Shown here one piece after another: positions 43,691 to 54,390 of a DNA stretch of 64,000 bases (position 1 is the first letter of the stretch; each line of letters begins with the position of its first letter). This DNA is from an uncultured delta proteobacterium (lineage in GTDB: Bacteria > Desulfobacterota > Binatia > UBA9968), in the NCBI GenBank assembly GCA_963745035.1, contig CAVUVW010000013.1:352001-416000 (forward strand), given 5' to 3'. The position numbers and the translations under genes are program-made. A model generated the notes under the pieces. The model worked only from the letters and a program-made list of their open reading frames with translations, was not told the DNA's origin and made no database searches.

Positions 43691-45015
43691 ATGGGCCTGA
43701 AAACCTTCGGCCTGATGGCGGTCGACTGGGAAGAGCGGGTGAATATCGAGCGGCTTGCGCCAGGATCGTTTGAATCGCATTAAAGCCGCGCTCAAAAAGT
43801 CGGAGCTCGGTTCTCTGCTTTGCTTCGACATGAACAACATCCGCTATATCACCGCCACTCATATCGGCACCTGGGCGATGGACAAGCTCGTGCGCTTCTC
43901 GCTTTTGCCGCAAGACGACGAGCCGATTCTTTGGGATTTCGGCTCGGCGGCGCGCCATCATCAGATTTATTGCCCCTGGCTCGGCGAACGCTCGCGCGCC
44001 GGTATCTCGACATTGCGCGGCGCGACTCATCCGGGCTCGGGCATGGCCGAAGACGTTGCCAAGAAGATCAAGCTTGAACTGGAGAAGCGCAAATTGTTGA
44101 ACGAGCCCGTGGGCGTGGACGTGATCGAGTTGCCGGTGCTGTTCGCGCTGCAAGCCCAGGGCATCAAAGTCGTCGACGGCCAGCAGCTCATGCACGAAGT
44201 GCAGAAAAATAAAAACCCAAGACGAGATCACGCTGCTCAATTGCGCGACCATGATGGTCGACGCCGCCTACGACGAGCTTTACCGCTTCATGAAGCCAGG
44301 CGTCAAAGAAAACGAATGCGTCGGCGTCGTCAGCAAAGTGCTCTACGATCTCGGCTCCGAGCACGTCGAAGGAGTGAACGCGATCTCCGGCGAGCGCTGC
44401 AGCCCGCATCCGCATGTCTACACCGACCGGGTGCTTCGCCCCGGCGATCCCGCGTTTTTCGATATCCTGCACAGCTACAACGGCTACCGCACCTGCTACT
44501 ACCGCACCTTCGCCGTCGGCAGCGCTTCGCCGGCGATGGTCGATGCCTATAAACGGAGCCGCGACTACATGGACGCCGCCATCAGCATCGTCAAACCGGG
44601 GATCACCACCGCCGATGTCGTGAAGCTCTGGCCTAAAGCCGAAGAGTTTGGCTTTGCCAATGAAGAAGCCGCTTTCGCTTTGCAATACGGCCATGGCGTC
44701 GGCTTGTCGATCTGGGAAAAGCCGATCTTCAGCCGCCTGGTGTCGCTCGATCACCCCGAAGTCATCGAAGAAGGAATGGTGTTCGCGCTCGAAACCTATT
44801 GGCCGGCTTCCGACGGCTGGTCCGCGGCGCGGCTTGAAGAAGAAGTCGTCGTCACCAAGGACGGCTGCGAAGTGATCACGCGCTTTCCGTCAGAAAAACT
44901 ACTCGTAGCCGGCACCCACTATTTTACCACCGGCGGCGAACTGCCGACGACGCGCGAGACGCAATCGAATCTCAACAATCCAGGAGCATTGGATCGCGTG
45001 AAAGGTAATTCGTAG
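43691..45015 (+). CDS. M24 (Xaa-Pro peptidase/creatinase-fold) family protein (frameshifts at about 43755 and 44205)
   Basis: VDWEERVN; NIRYIT; FFDI; GYRTC..RTF; YGHGVG; LETY; RLEE. Confidence 0.88.
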
Positions 45016-45038
45016 GGGCGATCGGCCGGTCGCCCTAC
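45012..45038 (+). repeat. GTAG-type REP-like palindrome
   Basis: GTAGGGGCGATCGGCCGGTCGCCCTAC. Confidence 0.7.
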
Positions 45039-45064
45039 ACCGTGAACCATCTCGGCGCAAGACT

Positions 45065-46338
45065 ATGGCAACCAACGTAATCATGCCCGCCCTCGGCGTG
45101 GCTCAGCAGACCGGCACACTACTCAAGTGGCTCAAGGCAGAAGGGCAATCGGTTTCCAAGGGTGAACCGCTCATGGAGATCGAAACCGATAAGGCAACTG
45201 TTGAGATCGAAGCACCGGGCTCCGGTGTCTTGGCAAATGTGACCGCTTCACCAGGCGATGAGATTCCCGTCGGAAATCGCATCGCGCTAATCCTTGCGCC
45301 GGGTGAAGCAGCGAGCGCGACAGCGTCAGAGAGCCTTCACCCTAGCCCGGTCCGAAAGGGCGAGGGAACGAAGGATGGTCGCGCTGCTCCTCGCGGTAAG
45401 CAAGCAGCTGTAAAGCCCCCTCTCCCCCAGGGAGAGGGCAGGGGTGAGGGCGCATCGACCACGACGCCATCGCTTCACACCAGCCGAGCTGTCTCAATCA
45501 GTTCCAGCCCCGGCCGCTTGCTCGCCTCTCCCGCCGCGAGAAGAATCGCGCGCGAAAAAGGCATCGATCTTACGTCACTCAAGGGTAGCGGTCCGGAGGG
45601 AAGCATACTGGCAGAGGACGTACTGCGCGCTGCGCCGGATGGAGCACCGCAGACTCGCTGCGCAGCGCGCAACAAATCCAGCCGTTGAGCCCGATGCGCC
45701 GCATCGTCGGCGAGCGCATGACTCAAAGCAAACAGAGCGCGCCGCATTTTTACTTAAGCATGGAAATCGACATGAGCGAGGTGAGCAAGCGGCGGACCGA
45801 GTGGAAGGGACGCGGTCAAGATGCGCCATCGATCAATGATTTCATTCTCCACGCCTGCGCGGCGGCCTTGAAAGACTTTCCTTCCGTCAATGCCAGCTTT
45901 ACCGATCAAGGCATCGAGCGTTCATGCGCGAGATCAATCTCGGCATGGCCGTAGCTCTGGAAGAGGGTTTGGTCGTGCCGGTCATCCGCAACGCCGACCG
46001 CTTGAGTTTGATGGAGCTCGCTTCCCAGACTCGAGAGCTCATCGACAAGGCGCAGAAAAAGAAACTCTTTCCCCTCGATTATGAAGGCGGCACGTTCACG
46101 GTATCGAATCTCGGCATGCTCGGCGTCGATAGCTTCATCGCGATCATCAATCCGCCGCAGTGCGCGATCCTCGCCGTAGGCCAGGTCGCGCCGCGGGTCG
46201 TCGCCGACGATGGCATGTTTGCGATCAAACCTATGATGACGGCGACCTTGTCGGCCGATCATCGGGTCGATCGACGGCGCCATCGGCGCGCGGTTTCTCA
46301 AGCAGATCAAAGAAGTTTTGGAACGAGGGGAGTTCTAG
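45065..46338 (+). CDS. dihydrolipoamide acyltransferase E2 (about three frameshifts)
   Basis: lipoyl domain ETDKA; PSBD ASPAARRIA..GSGPEG; GGTFTVSNLG; SADHRV.DG. Confidence 0.92.
45334..45450. repeat. palindromic element inserted in-frame in the E2 linker
   Basis: CCTTCACCCTAGCCC...GGGCGAGGG ... CCCCCTCTCCCCCAGGGAGAGGGCAGGGGTGAGGG; translates ..PLPQGEGRGEG. Confidence 0.75.
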
Positions 46339-46372
46339 AGGCAAACTTGTGATCGAAACAAAGGAGGCTCGC

Positions 46373-47355
46373 ATGAAAAGGATGATGTGGCTGGCAACGG
46401 CGGTTTTTATCTTTTCCAGTATTTCTCCGGTCGTACAGCCAGAAAGTCGAGCGGGTTAATTTCGTCGGCGGCCCGCCGGCTGGAGTTTTCGGGATTTTCG
46501 CCACCGGCATTGGGACTTATTTATCGAGAAGCGTACCGAACCTCGATGTCAGCGTTACCGCAACCGGAGGCTCGGTGGAGAATATTCGCCGCGTAAATGC
46601 CGGCGAAGCCGAGATGGGACTGTCGTTCGCTTCGGACGTGCATGAAGCTTTCTTCGGCCAGGAACAATTCAAAGGGAAAGCATTGACGAATTTTCGCGCC
46701 GTTGGTCTGGTCTTCGTCGGCGTGGCGCACGCGATTACGTTTGCCGACAGCGGTATCCGCACGGTGGAAGATCTCGCCGGCAAGCGGGTAGCGGTCGGTA
46801 CTCCCGGCTCGGGCACCTTCGCGAGCGCCGAACGGGTTTTCCGATCGCTCGGTGTTTGGGACAAAATCAATCGTATTCCGCTTTTGGGCGCGCAAGCTGG
46901 CGAGGCGATGAGCGACGGCAAAGCCGATGCCTTTTTCTGGACCGGGCCCTGAGCCGGACCGAGTTACGATGGAAGCGGCGACGAAGAAGCCCGTTCGCGC
47001 CATCGACATTTACACGCCGGCGACCAAGACCGACTTTTTCAAGCAATATCCATATTTCGCCCGCTACGTCTTCCCGGCAAATTCGTACAAGGGAATTGCC
47101 GAAGATACATCGACTGTCGGCATTCCGGTAATCTGGTACGTGCAGAAAGACCTGGCAGCGCCGTTGGTGCAAAAGATGGCCGAAGCCGCTTACAACAAAG
47201 ACGGCAATGCGCACATGCTGAAAGTTCACGCCGGATCGAAAGACATGGTGCCGCAGCGCGCGCTGCAAGGCGTGACGTTTCCGCTTCACAAGGGCGCCGA
47301 GGATCACTGGCGCGCCGCCGGGCTGCAGATTCCGGACGCTCTTCGCGCGAAGTAA
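46373..47355 (+). CDS. TAXI family TRAP solute-binding protein (frameshifts at about 46440 and 46950)
   Basis: signal peptide; GGPPAG; TGGSVEN; LAGKRVAVGTPGSG; PLHKGA. Confidence 0.9.
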
Positions 47356-47376
47356 GCTCGGGAGCAGCCGCGGACC

Positions 47377-49281
47377 GTGGCCGAAACACCAAGCAAAACC
47401 CGCACACTCTCGGGTTCCTGGGACGTCGCCGTCAAGATCATGATGGGCGCGACCGCGCTCTATTATGTCTGGGCATCCACGGTGGGTGTGGTCTCGCTGC
47501 AGTACTACCGCGGCATCGCCGTGCTCTACAGCCTGGTTGTGCCGCTGCTTCTTTATAAGGGTTGGAAGCGCGGCCGGGAAGATCGGCCAACGATCATCGA
47601 CTTGCTGCTCGCGCTCGGCGCGACCGCAAGCGTGGTCTATTGGATGGTCGAACATGAAGCGATGGCCTACCGCGCCGGCGACTACACTGCGCTCGACGTC
47701 GGCATGGGAGTGATCGCGACGGTCGTCGCCATCGAGGCAGCGCGGCGGGTACTTGGATTGGACATGGCACTCTGCGCCATCGTGCCGATTCTCTATGCTT
47801 TATTCGGCAATTATTTGCCGTACATCGTCGGTCACCGCGGCTACTCACCGCGCCGAATTGTCGAGTACGTCTATCTCACATCGGATGGAATCTTCGGGAT
47901 TATGGCGCAGGTGCTGGCCGAGTTCATTATTCCCTTCGTCGCCTTCGGCGCCTTTCTGGAGCGCGCCGGAGTGGCAAAATTCTTCGTCGACATCTCCCTT
48001 GCAAGCCTCGGCCGGATCGCCGGCGGACCCGCCCAAGCTTCTGTCGTTTCGAGCGCGCTCATGGGCACCATCAGCGGCAGCCCGATCGCGGAAACCGTCA
48101 CGAAAGGGCCGATTACCATTCCGCTCATGAAGCGCGCCGGTTTTCCGCCGCACATCGCGGGAGCAGTCGAAGCCGCCGCTTCCACCGGCGCAGCGATTAT
48201 GCCGCCGGTCATGGGCGCCGGGGCATTCGTCATGTCGGAGATGACGGGTATTCCCTATCTCGAAATCATCAAGGTCGCGGCCATTCCGGGCATTCTCTAT
48301 TTCGTGTCCGTGGGAGTCATGGTCTACTTCGAGTCGCGCAAACTCGGCTTGCGCGGATTACCGGCGGAGGAGCTGCCGCGCACTCGCGAAGTCTGGGGGC
48401 GCGGCTGGTATCTGTTTTTGCCGATCGCCGTTTTGATCGGCGCGCTGATGATCGGCTATTCACCGCAAGTCGCGGCGCTCTACGGCATGTTGTCGACCAT
48501 CGGTGTCAGTTGGATTCGCCAGGAAACCCGCATGGGTGTGCCACAGATCTGGCAGGCGTTGGTTGATGCGGGAAAGAACTGTCTGTTCGTCGCGGCTCTC
48601 ACCGGTTGCGTCGGCGTCCTGATCGGTGTCTTATCGCTCACCGGGATCGTGATTCGCTTTCCTTACATGCTGGTCGAGCTCGCCGGTCAGAGCGTGCTCA
48701 TCACCATCGCGCTGATCGCCTGCGCGACGCTCGTGCTTGGTTTGCCATTGCCGATTACCGCGACGTATTTAATCGTCGCGGTCGTTGCGGTGCCCGCGTT
48801 GATCAAGCTCGGCGTGCCGATGCTCCCGGCTCATTTGTTGATTTTTTGGCTGAGCCTCGATTCCAATATCACACCACCGGTGGCTCTCGGGCCTTTCGCA
48901 GCCGCCGCCATCGCACAGTCCGATCCGATGAAGACCGGCTGGACCTGCTTTAGATTTGCCAAAATCATTTACGTTATGCCGCTGCTGTTCGCCTACACGC
49001 ATATTTTGTTGACCGGGACGCCGGCACAAAATATCGGCGCGATCGCTTCGGCAACGCTTGGCACCGTGCTATTTTCCATCATGAGCACGGGCTTTTTTTA
49101 TCTCAAAACTAAATTTTTGGAGTGGTCGCTCTTGGCGGTCGCCACGGTGTTGGCGTTTATACCAACGATTACTACCGGAATAACAGCGGTGGCGTTATTT
49201 GCCGCGGTATTCCTTTGGCAGCGCCGCCGCGCCGCGGCGTTGATTCCCGCAAATCAACCCGCGGAGATCGCTGTCAAATGA
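47377..49281 (+). CDS. TRAP transporter fused 4TM/12TM permease (TAXI-type)
   Basis: DGIFG; GGPAQ..VVSS..GTISGS; EAAASTG..IMPPVMGA; ITPPVAL. Confidence 0.94.
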   Translation: MAETPSKTRTLSGSWDVAVKIMMGATALYYVWASTVGVVSLQYYRGIAVLYSLVVPLLLYKGWKRGREDRPTIIDLLLALGATASVVYWMVEHEAMAYRAGDYTALDVGMGVIATVVAIEAARRVLGLDMALCAIVPILYALFGNYLPYIVGHRGYSPRRIVEYVYLTSDGIFGIMAQVLAEFIIPFVAFGAFLERAGVAKFFVDISLASLGRIAGGPAQASVVSSALMGTISGSPIAETVTKGPITIPLMKRAGFPPHIAGAVEAAASTGAAIMPPVMGAGAFVMSEMTGIPYLEIIKVAAIPGILYFVSVGVMVYFESRKLGLRGLPAEELPRTREVWGRGWYLFLPIAVLIGALMIGYSPQVAALYGMLSTIGVSWIRQETRMGVPQIWQALVDAGKNCLFVAALTGCVGVLIGVLSLTGIVIRFPYMLVELAGQSVLITIALIACATLVLGLPLPITATYLIVAVVAVPALIKLGVPMLPAHLLIFWLSLDSNITPPVALGPFAAAAIAQSDPMKTGWTCFRFAKIIYVMPLLFAYTHILLTGTPAQNIGAIASATLGTVLFSIMSTGFFYLKTKFLEWSLLAVATVLAFIPTITTGITAVALFAAVFLWQRRRAAALIPANQPAEIAVK

Positions 49282-49568
49282 ATCCGCCTGATCTTCCCGG
49301 CGAAGAGCCCATAGTCTTGCCGATCGAGGATAGACTCGACCTTCATGCTTTTCAGCCCAAGGACGTAGCCAGCGTTGTCGAGGAATATTTAGACGAGTGC
49401 CGGCGAGCGGGGTTTTCGAAAGTACGCTTGATTCACGGCAAAGGCAAAGGCGTGCAGCGCAACATCATTCGCGCGCTGCTGGAAAAACATGCCAACGTCG
49501 AGTCTTTTCAGGATGCGCCGCTCGAAGCCGGCGGTTGGGGCGCGACCGTGGTAATTCTGAAAGCCTGA
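49278..49568 (+). CDS. stand-alone Smr domain protein
   Basis: LDLH.F; IHGKGKG; GGWGATVV; ATGA overlap with the permease stop. Confidence 0.9.
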   Translation: MNPPDLPGEEPIVLPIEDRLDLHAFQPKDVASVVEEYLDECRRAGFSKVRLIHGKGKGVQRNIIRALLEKHANVESFQDAPLEAGGWGATVVILKA

Positions 49569-49577
49569 AGCACAGCG

Positions 49578-50388
49578 TCATTGGGTTGTCGGCGCTGCCT
49601 GTAACTTCAAATATTCAACCAGCGGTTTCCAGGCCCGCGGTTCGCTATCGATGTTGCGATGTTCGGCGCAAAATCCGCTGTACGGTCCGATCGGATCGGG
49701 AACCGCAATATTGATGACCCGCGTCACACGCTCATCTTCCGCTTTGATCGCGTTTAATCCCGGACAAACAGCGAAAGATATCGGCACGTAGAAATTGAAA
49801 GCTTGGCGCACGTTGGCGGGTATCACGCCGCTCGACCAAAAGCTTTCAATGTACGCGACCATTTCCACGGGGATCGATTTCTTGGCGAGATCGCGCGCGA
49901 CCTCGCCAATGACGCGTCCGCCAAAGCTATGGCCGGTGAGAAAGAGCCGGTCGCCGCGCACGTAGATCAAGTCGATAGTGTCGCTGACGACGTTGCTATC
50001 GCCCTGAATCATCAGTGTCAGGTTGTTGGGAAAAAGCTTGCCGATATGGAGCGCAACCACGTGCATCAAGGAATCGTGGTAGGCGATACGATTGAGTTCC
50101 GTCTCGTTCTTAAGATCGATGGCGCGGTAGGGCGGCCACATTTGGGGATCAAACCAAGCGGCGTTTTCCCAAGGCGGCAGACTGCCGCCATAGACGCCGA
50201 TGAAGATAACTTTAGGTTGTTTGACGGCGTCGATGAGCGGCTGAATTTGGCGTTCGAAATCCGCCGGGCTGCGCACCCGTTTTAACTCCGGCGCGCGCCA
50301 TGGCTTAACCGATTCGCTATTAAAGTTAAGGCCTTGGCACCCAGCTAGGAGAACCAACGCGAGCAACGGCCAGCCGCGCCAAGGCATG
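49578..50388 (-). CDS. lipoprotein with an alpha/beta-hydrolase-like motif
   Basis: lipobox LAGC; GHSFG nucleophile elbow; C-terminal H; start uncertain. Confidence 0.7.
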
Positions 50389-50406
50389 TCGAGCACTTTT
50401 CCAATG

Positions 50407-50904
50407 CTATTTTCGCGCGAACGGATCGTCGCCTTCATGCTTGTAAAGAAAGAAAAGCATAATTCCGACGCCGATCGTGATGAAGCTATCGGCGACGTTG
50501 AATGCCGGCCAGTGGTAGTTCGACCAGTACACGTCGAGAAAATCGATGACCTCGCCGTAAATCACCCGGTCGATCAGATTACCGATGGCGCCGCCGAGAA
50601 TAAACGCTAGCGCCGTGGCAAGGCCCGACTCTCCGGCGCGCAACCGCTTCAGCATGACGACAATGAAGCCGATGGCCAGAATGGAAACTCCGATCAAGAA
50701 CGGCAAGCGAAAAACTTCCTGGGCACCGGAAAAAATGCCGAAGGCAGCGCCGGTGTTGCGGATGTAGGTGAGATTAAAGAAACCGTCGATGAGCGGAATC
50801 GAATCGTGCAGCGACATCGTCCGGTCGACGATCGCCTTGGTGAGCTGATCGGCGACAACGATTACCGTTATCCAAATGGAAACGATCTTCCATTTGGCGC
50901 TCAC
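50407..50904 (-). CDS. lspA: lipoprotein signal peptidase II
   Basis: DQLTK; NTGAAFG; GAIGNLIDR; VIDF; WPAFNVADS; GTG overlaps the ileS stop. Confidence 0.95.
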   Translation of the reverse strand: MSAKWKIVSIWITVIVVADQLTKAIVDRTMSLHDSIPLIDGFFNLTYIRNTGAAFGIFSGAQEVFRLPFLIGVSILAIGFIVVMLKRLRAGESGLATALAFILGGAIGNLIDRVIYGEVIDFLDVYWSNYHWPAFNVADSFITIGVGIMLFFLYKHEGDDPFARK

Positions 50905-53726
50905 GCCGCCGCTCCGGCCTTCAGCACCGCCGCGCAACGCGCGCAAACCGTAGGATGGTCTTTATTCTCGCCAACCGCGGTATCGTACTTCCAGCAGCGC
51001 TCGCACTTCCCGCCCTCTGCTTTGCTGACGACGATCCGGCACTGCAAAAGGTCGGAGTCGTAGCCTGAGCCGGCGTCTGCTGTATTCGCTATCGCGCCCA
51101 CTTGCGACACGATGAGCAGGTCCTGCAATCGTAGCCGATCGTTTCTGCTCAGTTCCATCAGAATGGAACCGCGGTCGCCGTTGCGCGGCGAGAAGGTTGT
51201 CTTTGCATCAAGCGAATGGCCGATGATTCCGGCAGTGCGGGCTTGTTCCAGAGCCTTTAGCACCTCGCCGCGCTCGCGGAAGATACGATCCCACTTCTCC
51301 GCCAACCGGGCGTCTGCGAAACTGCTGTCAGAATCCGGCATGCGCGAGAGAAAAACGCTGGCGGGCCGGCGGTCTTTGTCCGGCATGTAGCCCCAGATCT
51401 CCTCGGCGGTAAACGACACGATCGGCGCCATCAAGTGAACCAACGTATCGAGGATTCGATGAAGCGTAGTTTGCGCGGCGCGCCGCGTGGTCGATTTCGT
51501 CCCCTCGCAGTAGAGCCGGTCTTTGACGATGTCCAGGTACTGAGCGCTCAGCTCGACGCTGCAGAAATTGTTGAGCGTGTGATAGACCGCATGAAATTCA
51601 TAATCATCATAAGCTTCGCGGCAGCGGCTGAGCACACTCTGCGTACGCTGCAAGATCCAACGGTCCATTTCGTCGAGCTCGTTTGTCGCGATCGAATCCT
51701 TCTCCGGATCGAAGTCGTAGAGATTGCTGATCAAAAACCGCGCAGTGTTTCGCAGTCGGCGATAGGCCTCGATTAACCGGTTGAGAATTTCATCCGAAAT
51801 GCGCACGTCCTCGCGAAAATCTTCCGCGGCGACCCAGAGGCGCAGAATCTCGGCGCCCGACTTTTTGATGATCTCCTGCGGCGCGATCACATTGCCCAAG
51901 GACTTGGACATCTTGCGACCCTTGCCGTCCAAGGTGAAACCGTGCGTCAAGACGCTCTCGTACGGCGCGCGCTCGCGCGTCGCCAAAGAGGTGAGCAACG
52001 CTGTGTGAAACCAGCCGCGGTGCTGGTCGCTGCCCTCGAGATAAAGATCGGCCCGGCCACCCAAGCGCGGATCGCGCTCGACGACCGACGCCCAGCTCAC
52101 TCCGGAGTCGAACCAGACGTCGAGAATATCTTCCTCGCGGGTAAAATCTTTTCCACCGCACTGCGGACACTTGAAATCTTTCGGCAGCAATTCCTCGACG
52201 GGTCGGATATACCACGCGTCAGAACCCTCTTTTTCGAAAATGCCGGCGACGTGCTCGCACAGAGTTTGATTCAGGACCGCTTCGTTGCAACTTTTGCAAT
52301 AGACGGCCGGAATCGGCACGCCCCAGGAGCGCTGGCGCGAGATACACCAGTCCGGCCGGCTTTCGAGCATGCCGTGAATGCGGTCCTTGCCCCAGGGCGG
52401 AATCCAGCGAACCTGATGGATGGCGCTAAGTGCGTGCCGGCGAAGTTCTTCTTTCTCCATCGAGATAAACCATTGTTCCGTCGCGCGGAAAATGACCGGC
52501 TTCTTGCAGCGCCAGCAATGCGGATAGCTGTGAACCAGTTTATCTTCCTTGAGCAGCGTGCCGGCGTCGCGCAATTTCTGGATGATTCGAGCGTCGGCCT
52601 TGAAAACCGATTCGCCCTTGAGATCCCCGGCTTCGGCGGTGAATTTGCCCTCGGGATCCACCGGCGCCATTACGGGCAGCGCATAGCGCATGCCGACCTC
52701 GTAGTCTTCCTGCCCATGGCCGGGCGCGATGTGAACGGCACCGGTGCCTTGATCCTGGGTGACGAATTCGCCGAGAATGACTTTCGAATCGCGATCGAGC
52801 CAGGGATGGCGGCAAACGATGCCTTCGAGGTCGGCCCCGGCCCATGCGCCATCGGTCACCTGGTAGTCAGTCGATTCAAATCCCAGAGCCTTCATCACGC
52901 TCGGGATCAGCTCTTGATTTAGGATCAGTTCGCCTTTCGGAGTCTTGACATGCCGGTACATGAACTTGGGATGTACGGCGATGGCCTGGTTGGCCGGCAG
53001 TGTCCAAGGCGTAGTGGTCCAGATGACAAAGAAAGGTCCACTCGTTGAATCGACAGGAAACTTGCCTTTTGGATCTTTGACCGAGAACTTTACGTAGATC
53101 GACGCCGAGGTATGGTCTTCGTATTCGACTTCCGCCTCGGCTAGAGCGGTCACACACGATGCACACCAGTAGACCGGCTTCTTTTGACGATAGAGCGCGC
53201 CTGATTCTACGATCTTGCCGAGCTCGCGGATTTCCTGCGCCTCATAGGCGGGATCAAGCGTGCGGTATGGATGTTCCCAATCACCAAATACGCCCAGGCG
53301 CTTGAACTCTTCGCGCTGCACCGAAATATATTTTTCAGCGTACTCCCTACACAGCCGGCGGATCTCCGCTTTGCTCATGGCGAGTTTCTTCGCCCGGCCG
53401 AGATTTTTCTCAACTTGGAGTTCGATGGGCAAGCCATGGCAGTCCCAACCGGGGACGTACGGCGCACGATGACCGGTCATCGACCTGTACTTGACGATAA
53501 TGTCCTTCAGAATCTTGTTGAGCGCATGGCCGATGTGGATATTGCCGTTGGCGTACGGCGGTCCGTCGTGAAGGATGAACTTCGGTTCTCCACGGTTGGC
53601 TTCGAGAACCTTGAAGTAAGTCTCTTCTCCATCCCATCTTTCTACCTGCTTGGGCTCGTTCTGCGGCAGATTTGCCCGCATCGGAAACGCAGTCTTCGGC
53701 AGATTCAATGTGTCTTTATAATCCAT
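50901..53726 (-). CDS. ileS: isoleucine--tRNA ligase
   Basis: HDGPPYANG; HIGH; GWDCHGLP; WTTTPWT; KMSKS; C-terminal Zn finger. Confidence 0.98.
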   Translation of the reverse strand: MDYKDTLNLPKTAFPMRANLPQNEPKQVERWDGEETYFKVLEANRGEPKFILHDGPPYANGNIHIGHALNKILKDIIVKYRSMTGHRAPYVPGWDCHGLPIELQVEKNLGRAKKLAMSKAEIRRLCREYAEKYISVQREEFKRLGVFGDWEHPYRTLDPAYEAQEIRELGKIVESGALYRQKKPVYWCASCVTALAEAEVEYEDHTSASIYVKFSVKDPKGKFPVDSTSGPFFVIWTTTPWTLPANQAIAVHPKFMYRHVKTPKGELILNQELIPSVMKALGFESTDYQVTDGAWAGADLEGIVCRHPWLDRDSKVILGEFVTQDQGTGAVHIAPGHGQEDYEVGMRYALPVMAPVDPEGKFTAEAGDLKGESVFKADARIIQKLRDAGTLLKEDKLVHSYPHCWRCKKPVIFRATEQWFISMEKEELRRHALSAIHQVRWIPPWGKDRIHGMLESRPDWCISRQRSWGVPIPAVYCKSCNEAVLNQTLCEHVAGIFEKEGSDAWYIRPVEELLPKDFKCPQCGGKDFTREEDILDVWFDSGVSWASVVERDPRLGGRADLYLEGSDQHRGWFHTALLTSLATRERAPYESVLTHGFTLDGKGRKMSKSLGNVIAPQEIIKKSGAEILRLWVAAEDFREDVRISDEILNRLIEAYRRLRNTARFLISNLYDFDPEKDSIATNELDEMDRWILQRTQSVLSRCREAYDDYEFHAVYHTLNNFCSVELSAQYLDIVKDRLYCEGTKSTTRRAAQTTLHRILDTLVHLMAPIVSFTAEEIWGYMPDKDRRPASVFLSRMPDSDSSFADARLAEKWDRIFRERGEVLKALEQARTAGIIGHSLDAKTTFSPRNGDRGSILMELSRNDRLRLQDLLIVSQVGAIANTADAGSGYDSDLLQCRIVVSKAEGGKCERCWKYDTAVGENKDHPTVCARCAAVLKAGAAA

Positions 53727-53771
53727 CGCTCGACGTGAGAGGGGGAAGCTATAAGATAACGGCGGTTACGA

Positions 53772-54149
53772 CTATCTGTGATGGTTCACACCGCGGACCA
53801 TGCGCGATGCAAATATGTCGGCCTTGTTCTCCGCGTCGGCCCAAAAAACGTAATGTCCCATCTCATGATAAACCGTGCTGATCCAGCGCCGTTCGGAATT
53901 GTACTTCCGGCCCTTTTTCCAATTCTCCGGATGCACTAAATAGATTTGGCCGTTTTCATAAGTTTTTCCAGCGGTCTTGCCCCAGTCGATGTACTCAAAC
54001 CATTCAACTTTGGGATTTCTCAGGTGATAGAAGCGGCAGAGCGCGCCGATCGCTTTGCGGAAATCAGTCGCTCGGTATTGCTGGAAAAACGCTGAGAGCA
54101 GACGGTCGACGACGCGGCGTTCCTTGATCGGCGGCAAGATCATTCTCAT
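53772..54149 (-). CDS. small HExxH protein (ImmA/IrrE-like motif)
   Basis: YHEMGH followed by E.KADIFA. Confidence 0.7.
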   Translation of the reverse strand: MRMILPPIKERRVVDRLLSAFFQQYRATDFRKAIGALCRFYHLRNPKVEWFEYIDWGKTAGKTYENGQIYLVHPENWKKGRKYNSERRWISTVYHEMGHYVFWADAENKADIFASRMVRGVNHHR

Positions 54150-54390
54150 GTTGTTGGACCGGTATCACTTAGTTGAGTGTAATTATCATACTGGCTGGCC
54201 AATAGAAACAGGCGCGCCTTCATTCCAAAACGAAGAAAAACACGTAAATAACTGTATTCATGTAGATTTTTGGACAAAAACCTCGGCCTAAACGCGCTTC
54301 GACCCGCTCTTGCGGCAGTCGAGGAAGTGTCGTAGATTGGCGTACTTCGAGCACTCGATCGGATAAAAATCTGCGGAAACCGCGAATCTG

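Noticed and set aside
46950-46952. TGA inside the TAXI gene as possible selenocysteine or readthrough
   Set aside because: Homology continues in a different frame (GPEPDR), so it is a 1-nt insertion, not recoding.
24044-47355. Programmed ribosomal frameshifting or phase variation in the split genes
   Set aside because: The breaks are numerous, mostly outside slippery or homopolymer runs, and fall in unrelated genes; assembly error is more parsimonious.
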